Positions 26,630-39,188 of a stretch of DNA of 64,000 nt are shown in pieces. The notes below the pieces were generated by a model. The model was not told where the DNA came from. It did no database searches and worked only from the letters and a program-made list of their open reading frames with translations. The stretch is taken from positions 630,330 through 694,329 of the forward strand of contig NC_057753.1 in NCBI RefSeq assembly GCF_004010195.1, in the 5' to 3' direction. The stretch is from Chiloscyllium plagiosum (Eukaryota). Within the stretch, counting starts at the first letter, position 1. The number at the start of each line of letters is the position of its first letter. The translations under genes and the position numbers were made by a program.

Positions 26630-29000
26630 AGAAATATTCATTCAGTGTCTTTCCCATCTCGTGCAATTCCACACACAGTGGAACGAATTAATCTTGAAGT
26701 CGCCCTATTCTCTCTCTACTTATTCATTTCACCTTAATTTATTTTTGCAGTCTTTTTGGATTCTCCTTAAGTGTATTTGCCAAAACTATTCAATGTCCCC
26801 CTTTCCCCTTCTCATTTCCCTCTTCAGTACACTTCTACTGGACTTATACTGCTTTAAGGGTTCACTTGATCCCAGTTGTCTATACATTCCAGGTGCCTCC
26901 TACTTTTTCTTCATTGGAGCGTCAATTTCTCTCGTCATCCAGTACTCCCTACATGTACCAGCCTTGACGTTCCCAGTATTAGGAACATATTGTCTCTGGA
27001 CTCTCGTCACCTCTGTTCCTCCGTTTTTGATGGTCTTCACTTTTTCTGACCCCCATTCACTGAGAATAACCTCTACTAATCGGCTTTTGAATATTTTTAC
27101 CTAAAACCATCAAAATCGGCCTTAATACGATTTCCATTGCTTTAAATCAGTTCGATAAGTTTGCATCTGGAAATAAGCGAGGACTGTAGATGATGAACCG
27201 TCAGAGTTGAAACATCTGGCGCTGGAAATTCGCAACCAGCCAGGCAGCATCCGAGCAGGAGGATAATCGACCTTTTGGTGATTAGCCATTCTTCAGTCTT
27301 GATGAAAGTCGTATGACCGAAACCTCGAATATTCTACTCCTCGTATGCTGCCTGATCTGCTGTGCTTTTCCAGCGCCACACCCGATAATTTTCCATAACT
27401 ATTTTAAAAGCAATATAATTATGATCACCAGTTCCAAAGTTCTTCCTTATTGATAACTCAATCGCTTGTCCCGCCTTCCGCCCAAGATGGGTCAAATTTT
27501 GCTCCTTCTCTCCTAGGTTAATCCACATACTGAATAAGAAATGTTTCTTGAACTCACTTAGCAAATTCATCTCCATCCAAGACCTTCACACGATAGACTT
27601 CATAGTTCACGTTTGGAAGTTAAAGTACCCCATTACAACCCTATTATTTGTATAGACATCTTAGATCTCCTGAAAATAAAAATCTCTTCTCAATTTCTCG
27701 CTGATCATTACAGGCCTAAATTACAAGCTAATAAGTGGACAAACCCTTCCATATTTCTCAAATTCCACCCAAAGACATTCATTGGTGTTCTTCTGGAATA
27801 ACCTCCCCAAATGCATCTGTAATGTTTTCCTTAACCATAAATACCACTTGATCTCCTCTCTTATCCCACCAGTTATCCTTCCCATAGCATCTATACCCCA
27901 GTACATGAAACTACCAGTGCAGCCATTCCCTGAGCTACGTTTATGTGATGTCTTTGATATTCCTGTCCCATGCTCCCAATCATGATCTCAGTTTATCTGA
28001 GTTACCTTTCAGGCCTCTTGCATCGAGATAAATTAAGTTTAATTTATCAGTCTTTCATAGTTCTCTGCCTTGCTTTTGCCTGCTTTTAATATTTTAGTTG
28101 CCCCTGTTCTCAACTGCACCAGCCTCAGACTTATCTCTTTGCTCACTATCTCTTTTGATTCCCATCGAGTTGTCTCACTTCCTGATTAGTATAAAGCCTT
28201 GGAAGTGGCACTGGCAAATCTCCCCGCCAGGATATTGTCCCTCTTCCAATTCTGATACAAACTATCCTTCTTATTCGGGTCGCCCTCCCCCAGAGGTGAT
28301 CCTAATGATCAAAATGTGCCAAACCCTGCCCCCGCAACAACTCATTCCTCTACTCTATTCTTCACCCCTACTGTCACTAACATGTAGAACCAGAAGTAAT
28401 TCAGATGTCGTGCCTCTTTTGAATTTTTAAAAATATTTCTGACTAGTTTCCTTAAATTCTCCTGACAGAATTGCATCCCTTTCTGTTCCTATGTCGTTGT
28501 GTACAGCGACCTCCTGCTGGTCCCTCTCCCCTTTGAGAATGTTCTGCACCGTCTCTGATAGATTCTTGACCTTGGCACCAGGGAGGGAACACGCATTCTG
28601 ATATCTTGCTCTCTGCTGCAAAACTGTGCATTTCTGCTCCTGACTATAACGTCCCCGGGCGCAATTTCTTGGAAACAGACACATCATTCATTTGCAATAG
28701 AATCAGTCTTGTTTGGCTGTCAATGCTGCCTCATTCTGAGAGCCCATCACCCCTTTAATTTTGCAGATACTACATACTTAGTTAAGATTGGGAAAGATAC
28801 AGGAGACCCCTGCACTCCGTGCCTACTGGTCCTACTTTTTCTAGAGGTAGCCCATTAACGTGATTGTCTGCATTTTTCTATATTCTGAAGCTGTCATTCA
28901 TCACACCCTCAGGTTCCTGTAAATTCTTCTTGCCTCTAACTGACGCTCCATCTGATCCATGCAATCCGATAGCATTTGTAATCAAGCATGCTTCTTGTGG
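26630..29000 (-). mobile_element. CR1 5' half (ORF1 esterase-like plus start of ORF2), degenerate
   Basis: CSLPGAKVKNLSETVQNILKGERDQQEV..HNDIG (ORF1) and FGTGDHNYIAFKIVME (APE end). Confidence 0.8.
27167..27382. mobile_element. Older fold-back PLE terminus with degraded 14-bp TSD
   Basis: CGATAAGTTTGCAT at 27153-27166 versus CGATAATTTTCCAT at 27383-27396; diverged inverted arms. Confidence 0.7.
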
Positions 29001-29654
29001 ACATAATTATTAGTGGTCAAAACTATGCGGCAATATTGTAGCAAATGCTCCCTGTTACTTGAGTGACTATGTCGCCACGAAGCAATCTCATAGTAACCGT
29101 GTAAGACCACTAACAAGTTCTCCTCTTTAAGTTATATGCACAATCACGTGGTAAAGTCAATGAAACGATGCCCCATGCAATCTTCTGAAAAATATATTTG
29201 ACATTGATTTTGACTTTATGTTCTGGATACTGCAAGGGAAAGTTGTTTTCACATTTAACGTTAAATATTTATGTATGCTGAATGTTTTACTTTCATCGCT
29301 TTTCAATCCTTACAATTCTAGGGAACATACTCCCGAGCGATACAATCGTCCTGTATGGTGATCTATATAATCTCCTTCAATTTCAAATTCCTTAAGTTAG
29401 TTCTTTTGCGTGGATTTCAGCATGTTGTCCTCTGCACTAGCTACAACATGAACCGACGAACACGGAGAAGAAGATGTGTATTTGGATCGACGGTCCTACT
29501 TTTCCGGTCAATAAGTTCATGGTTGATCTGCATTTAACCTGAAATTCCCATTTATGAGACCCTTTCATTTCCTGAATTGATCAAACTCTGCTATTAAAAT
29601 AAGTCAAAGAAATGTGCTGCTACCAATTTTTCAAAAAGAGAGTTCTCAGGATTC

Positions 29655-29758
29655 AGAAAGCGTGTGAGTGAGTGAGAGAGACAAACAGAAAGAGAGAGCG
29701 ACAGATAGAGATAGAGAGGAGAGAGACACAGAGAGGTGTGAAGAGAAAGTTAGATAGA

Positions 29759-29831
<73 letters not shown>
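29655..29831. repeat. GA-rich tract plus compound (GATA)n(GACA)n microsatellite
   Basis: Directly visible; pure tetramer part at 29751-29831. Confidence 0.95.
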
Positions 29832-30436
29832 CAAGAGAATCTCCATTAAATGGTTAAGCACTGATTTGTAAATTGTGACTCATCGTTCAAGATTCGTCCA
29901 GAAGAGAAAGGATTCTTTCGCAAGTAATTCAGGATCTTTTATATTTCAAACAGGTCAACGTTCCTTCTTTTAAATTCGAAAAGATAAAAGCCTAGCATGC
30001 ACATTTTACTTGTACATATCACTCTCCTTCCAGATGCTAAACTGGTGAACGTTCTGTGAACTGCTTCCAGCACAACTACGTCCATCCATAAATAAGGTGG
30101 AAAACACAATTCTTTTTTTTTTCATATTATGATTTTATTGACATGAAGTGATTTTATTCATTTGTGGTATATCTGTGACGCTTTCTGTGCCAGCATTTAT
30201 TGTCCATCCATGATTGCCCCTTGAGAATATCCTGGTGGTTAGCCTTCTTGAACCTTTGCCGTTCCTTTGTTTTCAGGAGACACACAACACTAAACGAGCA
30301 TTTTGGCAGTGTTTAGGAATTTCTCTCACTAATGTACTGTACAAATAAACAACTGTGCTACCCTTGAATTCAATTCCATTCACTACAAATTCTATTACAT
30401 TCTTTTTGGTTGCTGTATCTGTATGCTAACCTTTTT

Positions 30437-30889
30437 TGATTCATGCACTGGTACCCCTGCATCTCAATGCTCTGCAAACTCTCAGCACTTGGATTATATG
30501 ATTCCATATTTTAATTCTCGCCAAATGAAAAATCTCACGTTTCCAACATCGTGCTTCATTTGTCATTTTTTCCCTCTCATTGATGCCCCACTTAGCAATT
30601 GTTGAATACCCTGCTCGATTTGAATACCCTGCTCGATTCCTGTTGAAAATGTGTTCAAAGCTATTTGCCAAAATGCTTTTGAGGGTCCACTGCAAATCGA
30701 GCAGGGTATTTAACAATTGCTAAGTGGGGCATCAATGGTTTATATGAGAGGGAGAAAATGACAAATGAAGCACAATGTTGGAAAAATGTGAGATTTTTCA
30801 TTTGGCAAGAATTAAAATATGGAATCATATAATCCAAGTGCTGATAGTGTGCAGAGCTTTGAGATGCAGGGGTACCAGTGCATGAATCA
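30437..30889. repeat. Local inverted duplication (arms 30437-30622 and 30693-30889) inside a CR1 remnant
   Basis: Arms are highly similar reverse complements; 18-bp tandem TGAATACCCTGCTCGATT x2 at 30603-30638. Confidence 0.9.
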
Positions 30890-31958
30890 CCCCAGTTTTC
30901 ACTACCCCAATCAATCTAGACGAGGTCAATTGCAGCGCTAACATCCACTCAACAATATGGAAGAATGTTCATGTACGTCTTTTCCAAACAAAACAAGCCA
31001 GTACCAAATCATTCAAATGCCAACTGATCAGTCTACAGGTTGATCATCAGTAAATTGATGGAGAAGACGATCAATAATGCAGTCAAGCCACACTTGCGGG
31101 ATCAATAAACTGCTCCCTGGTGCTCAGTTTAGATATAGCCGGGCTCAAGTATCTCCTGACGACATCACAGCCCTGGTTCATTCATGGACATATTCGCGAA
31201 TGGATGAAATCTTTGAATTCACATGAGTGAGTGTCTGTTTAACTGCTGTGTGCTTGTGAAGAGTTTTCCTCAATCGTTCGACTTTTTAATACTTTCTTTA
31301 TTCTTCATTTTTCTTCTTAAGAAACTTTTTTCTTCATTACAAAAATAGTGTGAGTGAACCTTCCCTGAACAGAATCAAACACATGTACAAACATTTTTCA
31401 CCCAAGGACATTGACATCATACACAGTACTCCAGCTGTGGTCTTTCAAGGGCTGCCTATAACTACAGTACAATCTCTGTAATTTTGTGTTCTATAGCCCT
31501 CACAATAGGGAACATGTTGCTACTTACCTTCCTAAACACTTGCTGTACTGGTGTGCTAACGTTTTGTGGTTTCTGTATCAGATCTCTCAGATTTCACTGT
31601 ACATCTGAATTTTACAATTTCCTTCTAGTATTATGCAACACAATGATCCCAGTTAATTTTCCCACAAGACAAGTCAGATCCCAGACTTGGGAAAAAATAT
31701 TTAAAGTCTTTCTTAAAATATAAACACGGAAGGCATCAGACTTGGTCTCAATTGTAAAACAGGAATTTATTACATACGAACGTGAAAGCAAGACAAACTA
31801 GGCTATGCAAAACAAAGCATAACAATGTGCTATCTACCTCGAAACATTATATAATTAATCCAAATACAGAGAAAGTTTCGTTCCCCATCAATTCTGTGAA
31901 TTTAATTAAACATTTCTTTCCAGTTCTCATGCTGTGAACTGCGAAATCTTTCTTCTTT

Positions 31959-34142
31959 AATAGACAATAGACAATAGGTGCAGGAGTAGGCCATTCTGAC
32001 CTTCGAGCCTGCACCACCATTCATTATGATCATGGCTGATCATCCTCAATCAGTATCCTGTTCCTGCCTTATCTCCATAACCCTTGATTCCACTATCCTT
32101 GAGAGCTCTATCCAACTCTTTCTTAAACGAATCGAGAGACTGGGCCTCCACTCTCTTCTGGGGCAGAGCATTCCACATACCCACCACTCTCTGGGTGAAG
32201 AAGTTTCTCCTCATCTCTGTCCTAAATGGCCTACCCCTTATTTTTAAGCTGTGTCCTCTGGTTCGGGACTCACCCATCAGCGGAAACATGTTTCCTGCCT
32301 CCAGAGTGTCCAATCCTTTAATAATCTTATACGTCTCAGTCAGATCCCCTCTCAGTATTCTAAACTCAAGGGTATACAAGCCCAGTCGCTCCAATCCTTC
32401 AACATAAGATAGTCCCGCCATTCCAGGAATTGACCTCGTGAACCTACGCTGCACTCCCTCAATAGCCAGAATGTCTTTCCTCAAATTTGTAGACCAGAAC
32501 TGCACACAATATTTCAGGTGCGGTCTCACCAGGGCCCTGTACAGCTGCAGAAGAACCTCTTTGCTTCTATACTCAATCCCTCCTGTTATGAAGACAAGCA
32601 TGCTATTAGCTTTCTTCACTATCTGCTGTACTTGCATGCTTGCCTTCATTGACTGGTGTACAAGAACACCCAGATCTCTTTGTACTGCTCCTTTACCTAA
32701 CTTGACTACATTTAGGTAGTAATCTGCCTTCCTGTTCTTGCCACCAAAGTGGATAACCATACATTTATCCATATTAATCTGCATCTGCCATGCATTTGTC
32801 CACTCACCTAACCTGTCCATGTCACCCTGTAATCTCCTAACATCCTCCTCACATTTCACCCTGCCACCCAGCTTTGTATTATCAGCAAATTTGCTAATGT
32901 TACTATTAATACCATCTTCTATATCATTAATATATATTGCAAAAAGCTGCGGTCCCAGCACTGATCCTTGCGGTACCCCACTGGTCACCGCCTGCTATNN
33001 NNNNNNNNNNNNNNNNNNNNNNNNNNNNNNNNNNNNNNNNNNNNNNNNNNNNNNNNNNNNNNNNNNNNNNNNNNNNNNNNNNNNNNNNNNNNNNNNNNNN
33101 NNNNNNNNNNNNNNNNNNNNNNNNNNNNNNNNNNNNNNNNNNNNNNNNNNNNNNNNNNNNNNNNNNNNNNNNNNNNNNNNNNNNNNNNNNNNNNNNNNNN
33201 NNNNNNNNNNNNNNNNNNNNNNNNNNNNNNNNNNNNNNNNNNNNNNNNNNNNNNNNNNNNNNNNNNNNNNNNNNNNNNNNNNNNNNNNNNNNNNNNNNNN
33301 NNNNNNNNNNNNNNNNNNNNNNNNNNNNNNNNNNNNNNNNNNNNNNNNNNNNNNNNNNNNNNNNNNNNNNNNNNNNNNNNNNNNNNNNNNNNNNNNNNNN
33401 NNNNNNNNNNNNNNNNNNNNNNNNNNNNNNNNNNNNNNNNNNNNNNNNNNNNNNNNNNNNNNNNNNNNNNNNNNNNNNNNNNNNNNNNNNNNNNCAACAC
33501 CAATTCCTGGCAAATATAAATTCCCTTCTGTTCAGGTCCTTCAGCCACTGTTACCTCAGGGAGATTGCTTGTGTCTTCCCCAGTGAACACCGATCTGAAG
33601 TACCAATTCAATTCTTCTGCCATTTCTTTGTTCCCCATAATATACTCCCCTGTTTCTGTCTTCAAGGGCCCAATTTTATTCTTAACCATGTTTTTCCCCT
33701 TTCACATACCTAAAAAAGCTTTTACTATCCTCCTTTATACTTTTGGCCAGTTTACCTTCGTACCTCATTTTTTTCTCTGCGTATTTCCTTCTTAATAAAA
33801 CTGTGTTGTTCTTTAAAAGCTTCCCAGTGCTCCGTTTTCCCACTCATCCTTGCCATGTTATACTTTTTCTCTTTTGACTTTATATGTTTCTTAACTTCCT
33901 TCGTCAGCCACAGCCACCCCTGCCTCCTCATAGGATCTTTCTTCCTTTTTGGAATAAACTGATCCTGCATCTTCTGCATTATACACAGAAATATCTGCCA
34001 TTGTTCCTCCACTGTCATCCCTGCTAAGGTATTTCACCATTGAACTTTGGCCAGCTCCTCCCTCATAGCTCCACAGTTCCCTTTATTCAACTGAAATATT
34101 GTCACTACTGATTGTACCCTCTCCCTTTCAAATTGCAGATTA
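31959..34142 (-). mobile_element. Young 5'-truncated CR1 LINE, ORF2 RT largely open
   Basis: 312-aa ORF 32050-32988 with SGVPQGSVLGP, KFADNTK, DLGV and RPHLKYCVQFW; upstream ORF pieces to 34018 with one frameshift near 33770; (TAGACAA)n tail; spans the gap. Confidence 0.95.
32999..33494. other. Assembly gap (496 N)
   Basis: Run of N. Confidence 1.
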
Positions 34143-34499
34143 ACTCACGCAACTGTCCTACTTACAGACAAGTATCTTTGTATCCTAACTGTTGTGAAAA
34201 CAGTCAATTTACCGAATCGAAACCAATCGTGTTTGTGAATCAGTAGAGTTTCCTTCGAACCCATCTTTTGTTTTCTTACCTGAAATCGATCATTTATTAT
34301 TTGCTTGCTGTTTCATTAACACACCTCATTGTCATGCCAATATTTCTGTCCTGGGCTTGCTACACTTATTCCAAGTAGCACAACACAACTCAAGGAAAAA
34401 CACATACTTTCCCCTCAGGTATTTTTACAAATTCTAACGCTCATTTCTACAATTTCAGAGCCTGACCACATGATGCCTGTCCTCCATTATTCTGCAATT

Positions 34500-35160
34500 G
34501 ATAGAAACATAGCAAATAGTAACAAGAGTGATCCCTACAGCCCTCTCGACTACTCCACCATTCACTCCGGTTGTGGGTCATCATTCAGCACAGCACTTTT
34601 TTCTTGTTTTCCCACATCGTCATTTAACCCTTTCAAATTGATAACTAAATCTAAATCCTCATCGAAAACATTCGATGTTTTGGTTTCAATTGTTTACTGT
34701 GACAGAGAATTCCACCGGCTCACCAGTCCCTAGTTAAAAACATTTCTACTCATCCCAGTCTCAAGAGGCCTTGCCTGTGTACTTCACCTGTGATTTCTTG
34801 TTCTGGATCCCTAGTCACCGGGAAGATCCTTCCTGCAATTTCCCGTCTTGTCCTGCTGGAATTGTATTGGTTTCAATATGAACCTCTCTGATTCTTCTCA
34901 GTTCCAATCAATATCGTCCTCAGAAATCCAGTATCTCTTCATACATTCGTCCTGCATTCCAGGAATCGGTCTGGTAAGCCTTCAGTGCACTCCCTTCATA
35001 GCCAGAACACCCTTCCTCGGAGAAGGAGACGAATTTGTTCACAGCACTCCATGTGTAATCATCAAAGCCCTACAATTGCAATGACACATCTCTGCCCCGA
35101 ATGGGAATTCTCTCGCTGTGAGGACTAACATACCATTTATCAGCTTTACTGTTTTTTGCA
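34500..35160 (-). mobile_element. Older CR1 3' region
   Basis: Colinear, diverged similarity to 31960-32650. Confidence 0.7.
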
Positions 35161-35597
35161 GTAATGCATGTTATCCCTCTTTTTTTGGCCTTCTCAGAGT
35201 TGTTGTTCTTGTGTCTTGCAGGTCAGCTGAATGCCTGAAGTATAGTTAATGTAATGAAGACACATACGATTCCCCACGAATGCAGAATGTACTTTTTCTT
35301 TTCCTCGTGAAAATCCGGTGTCAGTTAGCTTCTGATGTATTACGTTACTCTATACGTTCATCGTGTGACATTTGATCCGCACAACAGTCGTTTGCAATAT
35401 GCTGGGAAATTAATTTAAAGCAGAAAAATGAAAGCGGGCCTAGAAATTACGAAGGCAGATTGTGAAATTGATCGGAATGAATATGTTAAGTCGAAAAAGC
35501 AACCATGATGCTAATGCTATTCGAGAAAACCACACTTGTTCAATAATATCTGTCAGGGCAGGTGATTGGTTGGATCTTCAACTTGAATGTTCGATGT

Positions 35598-35925
35598 ATA
35601 GAAGAAAGAGAGACGGAGGGAGGTAGGGAGTAAGAGAGAGAGAAAGAATGTAAGATAAAGGGGAAGATTGAGAGAGATGAGACAGACAGACAAGGCGGCA
35701 GAATGGGAACGAGAGGGAGAAAGGAAGAAATGAGAAGTGGAGAGGCGGTGTGGAAGAGAAAAAGAGAGAAATGAAAGAAGGAGAGAGATCGAATAGAGAC
35801 GGGAAGAAAGAGTTGTGTTGAGCCACACAGAGCGTGAAACATAGAGAGAAATGAAAGTCCGGAAGCGTGGAACAGAGTGAGAAAGAGAGAGAAGCAATGA
35901 AATGAGATGAGGGCGAAGAAGATGG
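35598..35925. repeat. Purine-rich (GA) low-complexity tract
   Basis: Strongly A/G-biased + strand; explains the spurious Phe/Leu/Ser ORFs on the - strand. Confidence 0.85.
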
Positions 35926-36869
35926 ATTTCATAAATTTTCATAAATTAGAGCTTCTGCGAAACCTCTCAAACTGGTACGCACAGGAAACAAAAGGCAGCA
36001 AACACTCGAGTGCAAACATTTCCAATTTTGCTTTCAAGTTAACGACCATTGTGCTTTGCAATAAATAATCTCTGACCCTTCTTTTGCTGAGCCTTGAACG
36101 TAGGATGTTGCTGAATGAAATTGAGAAAGTGCCTTCACCAGATGCCGGATGAAGAAAAAGATGGTCTCCCTAAATTGTTACATCAAAGACTGTCCGGGGA
36201 TGAATGATAGCCTTTCTCTCAAAGCTGCACGAGAGACAGTGAGGAATATAGATGTCGGAGAGTCAGATTAGAAAGTGTGGCGCTGGAAAAATAGTTCAGG
36301 CAGCATCCAAAGAGCAGGAGAGTCGAAGTCTTGGGTATAAGCCTTTCATTAGGAATGTCAAGGCCACGCCCTTAGAATTAAAAGCCCTCATTGCTTTATT
36401 CGTTCAAATACAAACTTCCAGCTTACGTTGTATGGATAGTGCCTGTTTATAAAGTTATTTTTCCCTGAAACTAACAGACAATGTTGGGAATGATTGGCAG
36501 CTTCTGTTGCTAGTAAAGGAGCTCAGGTTTAAGGCTTTCATGGTTTGTCACAGTTAACATGGTACAAAATGGTAGTAGGTGTCTCTCACGCAATCACGTT
36601 CAAGCACTTTTCAAATGTTATTTATTGATATTAACTCATAAGGTTGGCACTACTGCAAGTTTTGTGCAGAATCCGGAACCCTGAAATTTCACATTCAGTT
36701 CGGAACAGATCACAGTTTGACACGAATGTCGGAGTGGAAACCCTGTTACAGAATTTCTCATTGTCCAGTTGTAAAGGAACAAACACTGGAGGAAGTCAAC
36801 AGGTCTGACTCATCTTCGAGTTTTGCAGAAGAGTCACACTGGATTTTAAGCGTTGTCTCTGTTTCTGTC

Positions 36870-37177
36870 GTCAAAGTTTGTGAGAAGATTTGTAGCTAGG
36901 GTGCTCGTTGTTGTGGTTCTGTTCGCCGAGCTGGGAATTTGTGTTGCAGACGTTTCGTCCCCTGTCCAGGTGACATCCTCCGTGCTTGGGAGCCTCGTGT
37001 GAAGCGCTTCTGTGATGTTTCCTCCGGCATTTATAGTGATTTGTATCTGCCGCTTCCGGTTGTCAGTTCCAGCTGTCCGCTGCAGTGGCCGGTATATTGG
37101 GTCCAGGTCGATGTGCTTATTGATTGAATCTGTGGACGAATGCCATGTTCTCTGTTTGGCTTGTCCTATAATAGTAG
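36870..37177 (-). mobile_element. Poseidon-type Penelope 3' fragment with 10-bp TSD, nested in an older PLE remnant
   Basis: Minus strand encodes WHSSTDSINKHIDLDPIYRPLQR; TGTTTCTGTC at 36860-36869 and 37178-37187; hammerhead with mutated core (CGGAGGA...GAAACGTC) at ~36945-36985. Confidence 0.85.
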
Positions 37178-38248
37178 TGTTTCTGTCTCTTCAGATGCTG
37201 TCAGTTAACATTCCCAGTCTAGTAATCTTTTATCAAATATAAATTTGGTCGTTTTAATGCTGCGAGGTGACACTGCATGAATGAGACTGCAACTGAATAT
37301 CTGCAACTGGTAACATTACCAATTGGAAGTTCTCCTTAAAACCACTCACCATTCCGACTTGGACATGTGTTGCTATTTCTTCAATATTGCAGAGCCAATA
37401 CCCTGGAGTTGTCTCCCTAATGGCATTATATGTCTACCCTCAATACATTGACTGTATGGTTCAAGATGGTAGCTCACAACTATCCCTCCCAGTTATGGGC
37501 GAATATCACCCCCTAAAAAGAGTTCAAGAACATAGCCTATATCTGAGCTTCTTATTTTATAGGCAGATGTGAAGTGACTGTTCCAGGGGTAATGCAGCTG
37601 TTAACTTGATTCGTTTTACAAAACCAAAATTAACTTTAAAACAAAATTGAAAACACAAACAAAAGAAAAGAGAGTTTAGAATAACTTAACTGCTGGAAAA
37701 CTGATCAAATTCAACATAGCAACTTAATTAAGAAACTGCTGCAATCAAACAACGTTCCATAAACACACCCGTTTCAAAAGGGAAATTCAAACACGGGTCC
37801 TTACCAGTCTGAGGGAACAACTTTCAGAGAGTTCAGAGTGGTAAGTCAACTAGGAATCATCTTCTGGTGTTTGGAACGCTGCTACACAGCAACAGTTTCT
37901 CTCTGTTACTGCGAAACTAAAGTGGTAATAAGCTTGAACTGGGAGAATTGGTAACTTCCTTGTCATTGTTGCACTAGGCTTTTCCAAGACATTTTGGAAC
38001 CTCTGTCTTTACGAAATCATTGAAAAGAAAACAAGGACAAAATAACCTTTTTAAAGAGACAACATTGTCACACCTCCATCTTCTCAAGGAGAAACAAGGA
38101 TGGGCACTAAGCACTGGATCCAGACAGTGATATCCATATCACATGTAGTGACTTGTTCCCTCCGCCCCCTCCCCAGTACTGTAACCCCACGAACACTGTC
38201 AGAATCAGCAATAACATTTGAGATAAACACTGAGTACTGCACTCTCCA

Positions 38249-39188
38249 GGTAAAAACAATGACTGCAGATGCTGGAAACCAGATTCTGGATTAGAGTGGT
38301 GCTGGAAAAGCGCAGCATTTCAGGCAGCATCCGAGGAGCAGGAAAAGCGACGTTTCGGGCAAAAGCCCTTCATCAGGAATACAGGCAAATGAGAGGATGG
38401 AATGGGTGGGGAGAAAGTAGCATAGAGTACAATAGGTGAATGGGGTGGGAATGGAGGTGATAGGTCGGGGAGAAGGGTGGGGAAATGTAACAAAGAGTAC
38501 AATGGGTGGATGGGGGTGAGATAAAGGTGAAGAGCAGGATTAAAATCAACTAGGTAAAAACAACCTATACCTTCATCCCCATTTAAATTCACCTATTGTA
38601 CTCTATGCTGCGTTCTCCCCACCTCCACCCTCCTCTCATTTATCTCTCCACCCTTCATGCACTCTGCCTTTATTCCTGATGAAGGGCTTCTGCCCTAAAC
38701 GTCGATTTCCTGCTCCTCGGATGCTGCCTGAACTGCTGTGCTTTTCTAGCACCATTCTAATCCAGAATCTGGTTTCCAGCATCTGCAGTCTTTGTTTTTA
38801 CCCAGTTGATTTTAACCCGACTGTGAATTCTCTTGCAAGGATGCCTGTCTTGAAAAGTTTTCCTCCTCTCTCTACAAGAATCTCAGGGAGTCCCTCTCCC
38901 ACTGCAACTCCCAGGTCATTTCCTCTGCCCTGAAGCTCTTCACCTTCATCCCACCCCCATACATCCATTGTACTCTTTGCTACCTTCCCTCACCCTCCTC
39001 CCTGACCTATCACCTTCATCCCCACCCCCATTCACTTATTGTACTTTATGCTACTTTCTCTCCACCCCCACCCTCTTCTCATTTATCCCTCCACCCTTCA
39101 GGCACTCTGTCTGTATTCCTGATGAAAGGCTTTTGCCCGAAACGTCGATTTTCATGCTCCTCGGATGCTGCCTGAACTGCTATGATTT
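38249..39188. mobile_element. 940-bp non-autonomous PLE-derived insertion: one inverted and about 1.5 tandem units, three hammerhead motifs, 14-bp TSD
   Basis: TACTGCACTCTCCA at 38235-38248 and 39189-39202; hammerheads at 38346-38380 (-), 38672-38707 (+, GAAA changed to TAAA) and 39115-39150 (+). Confidence 0.9.

Noticed and set aside
35540-35942. Hydrophobic 130-aa ORFs as membrane proteins
   Set aside because: Translation of a GA-rich low-complexity tract.
37491-38072. Solo LTR interrupting a LINE tail
   Set aside because: Ends in CA and appears to split a LINE 3' end, but starts AG and has no clean TSD; not supportable without a library search.
38249-39188. CRISPR-like or DNA-transposon reading of the repeats and palindromes
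   Set aside because: Vertebrate DNA with no repeat-spacer periodicity; arms are unequal and variably truncated with variable TSD length, which fits PLE retrotransposition better.
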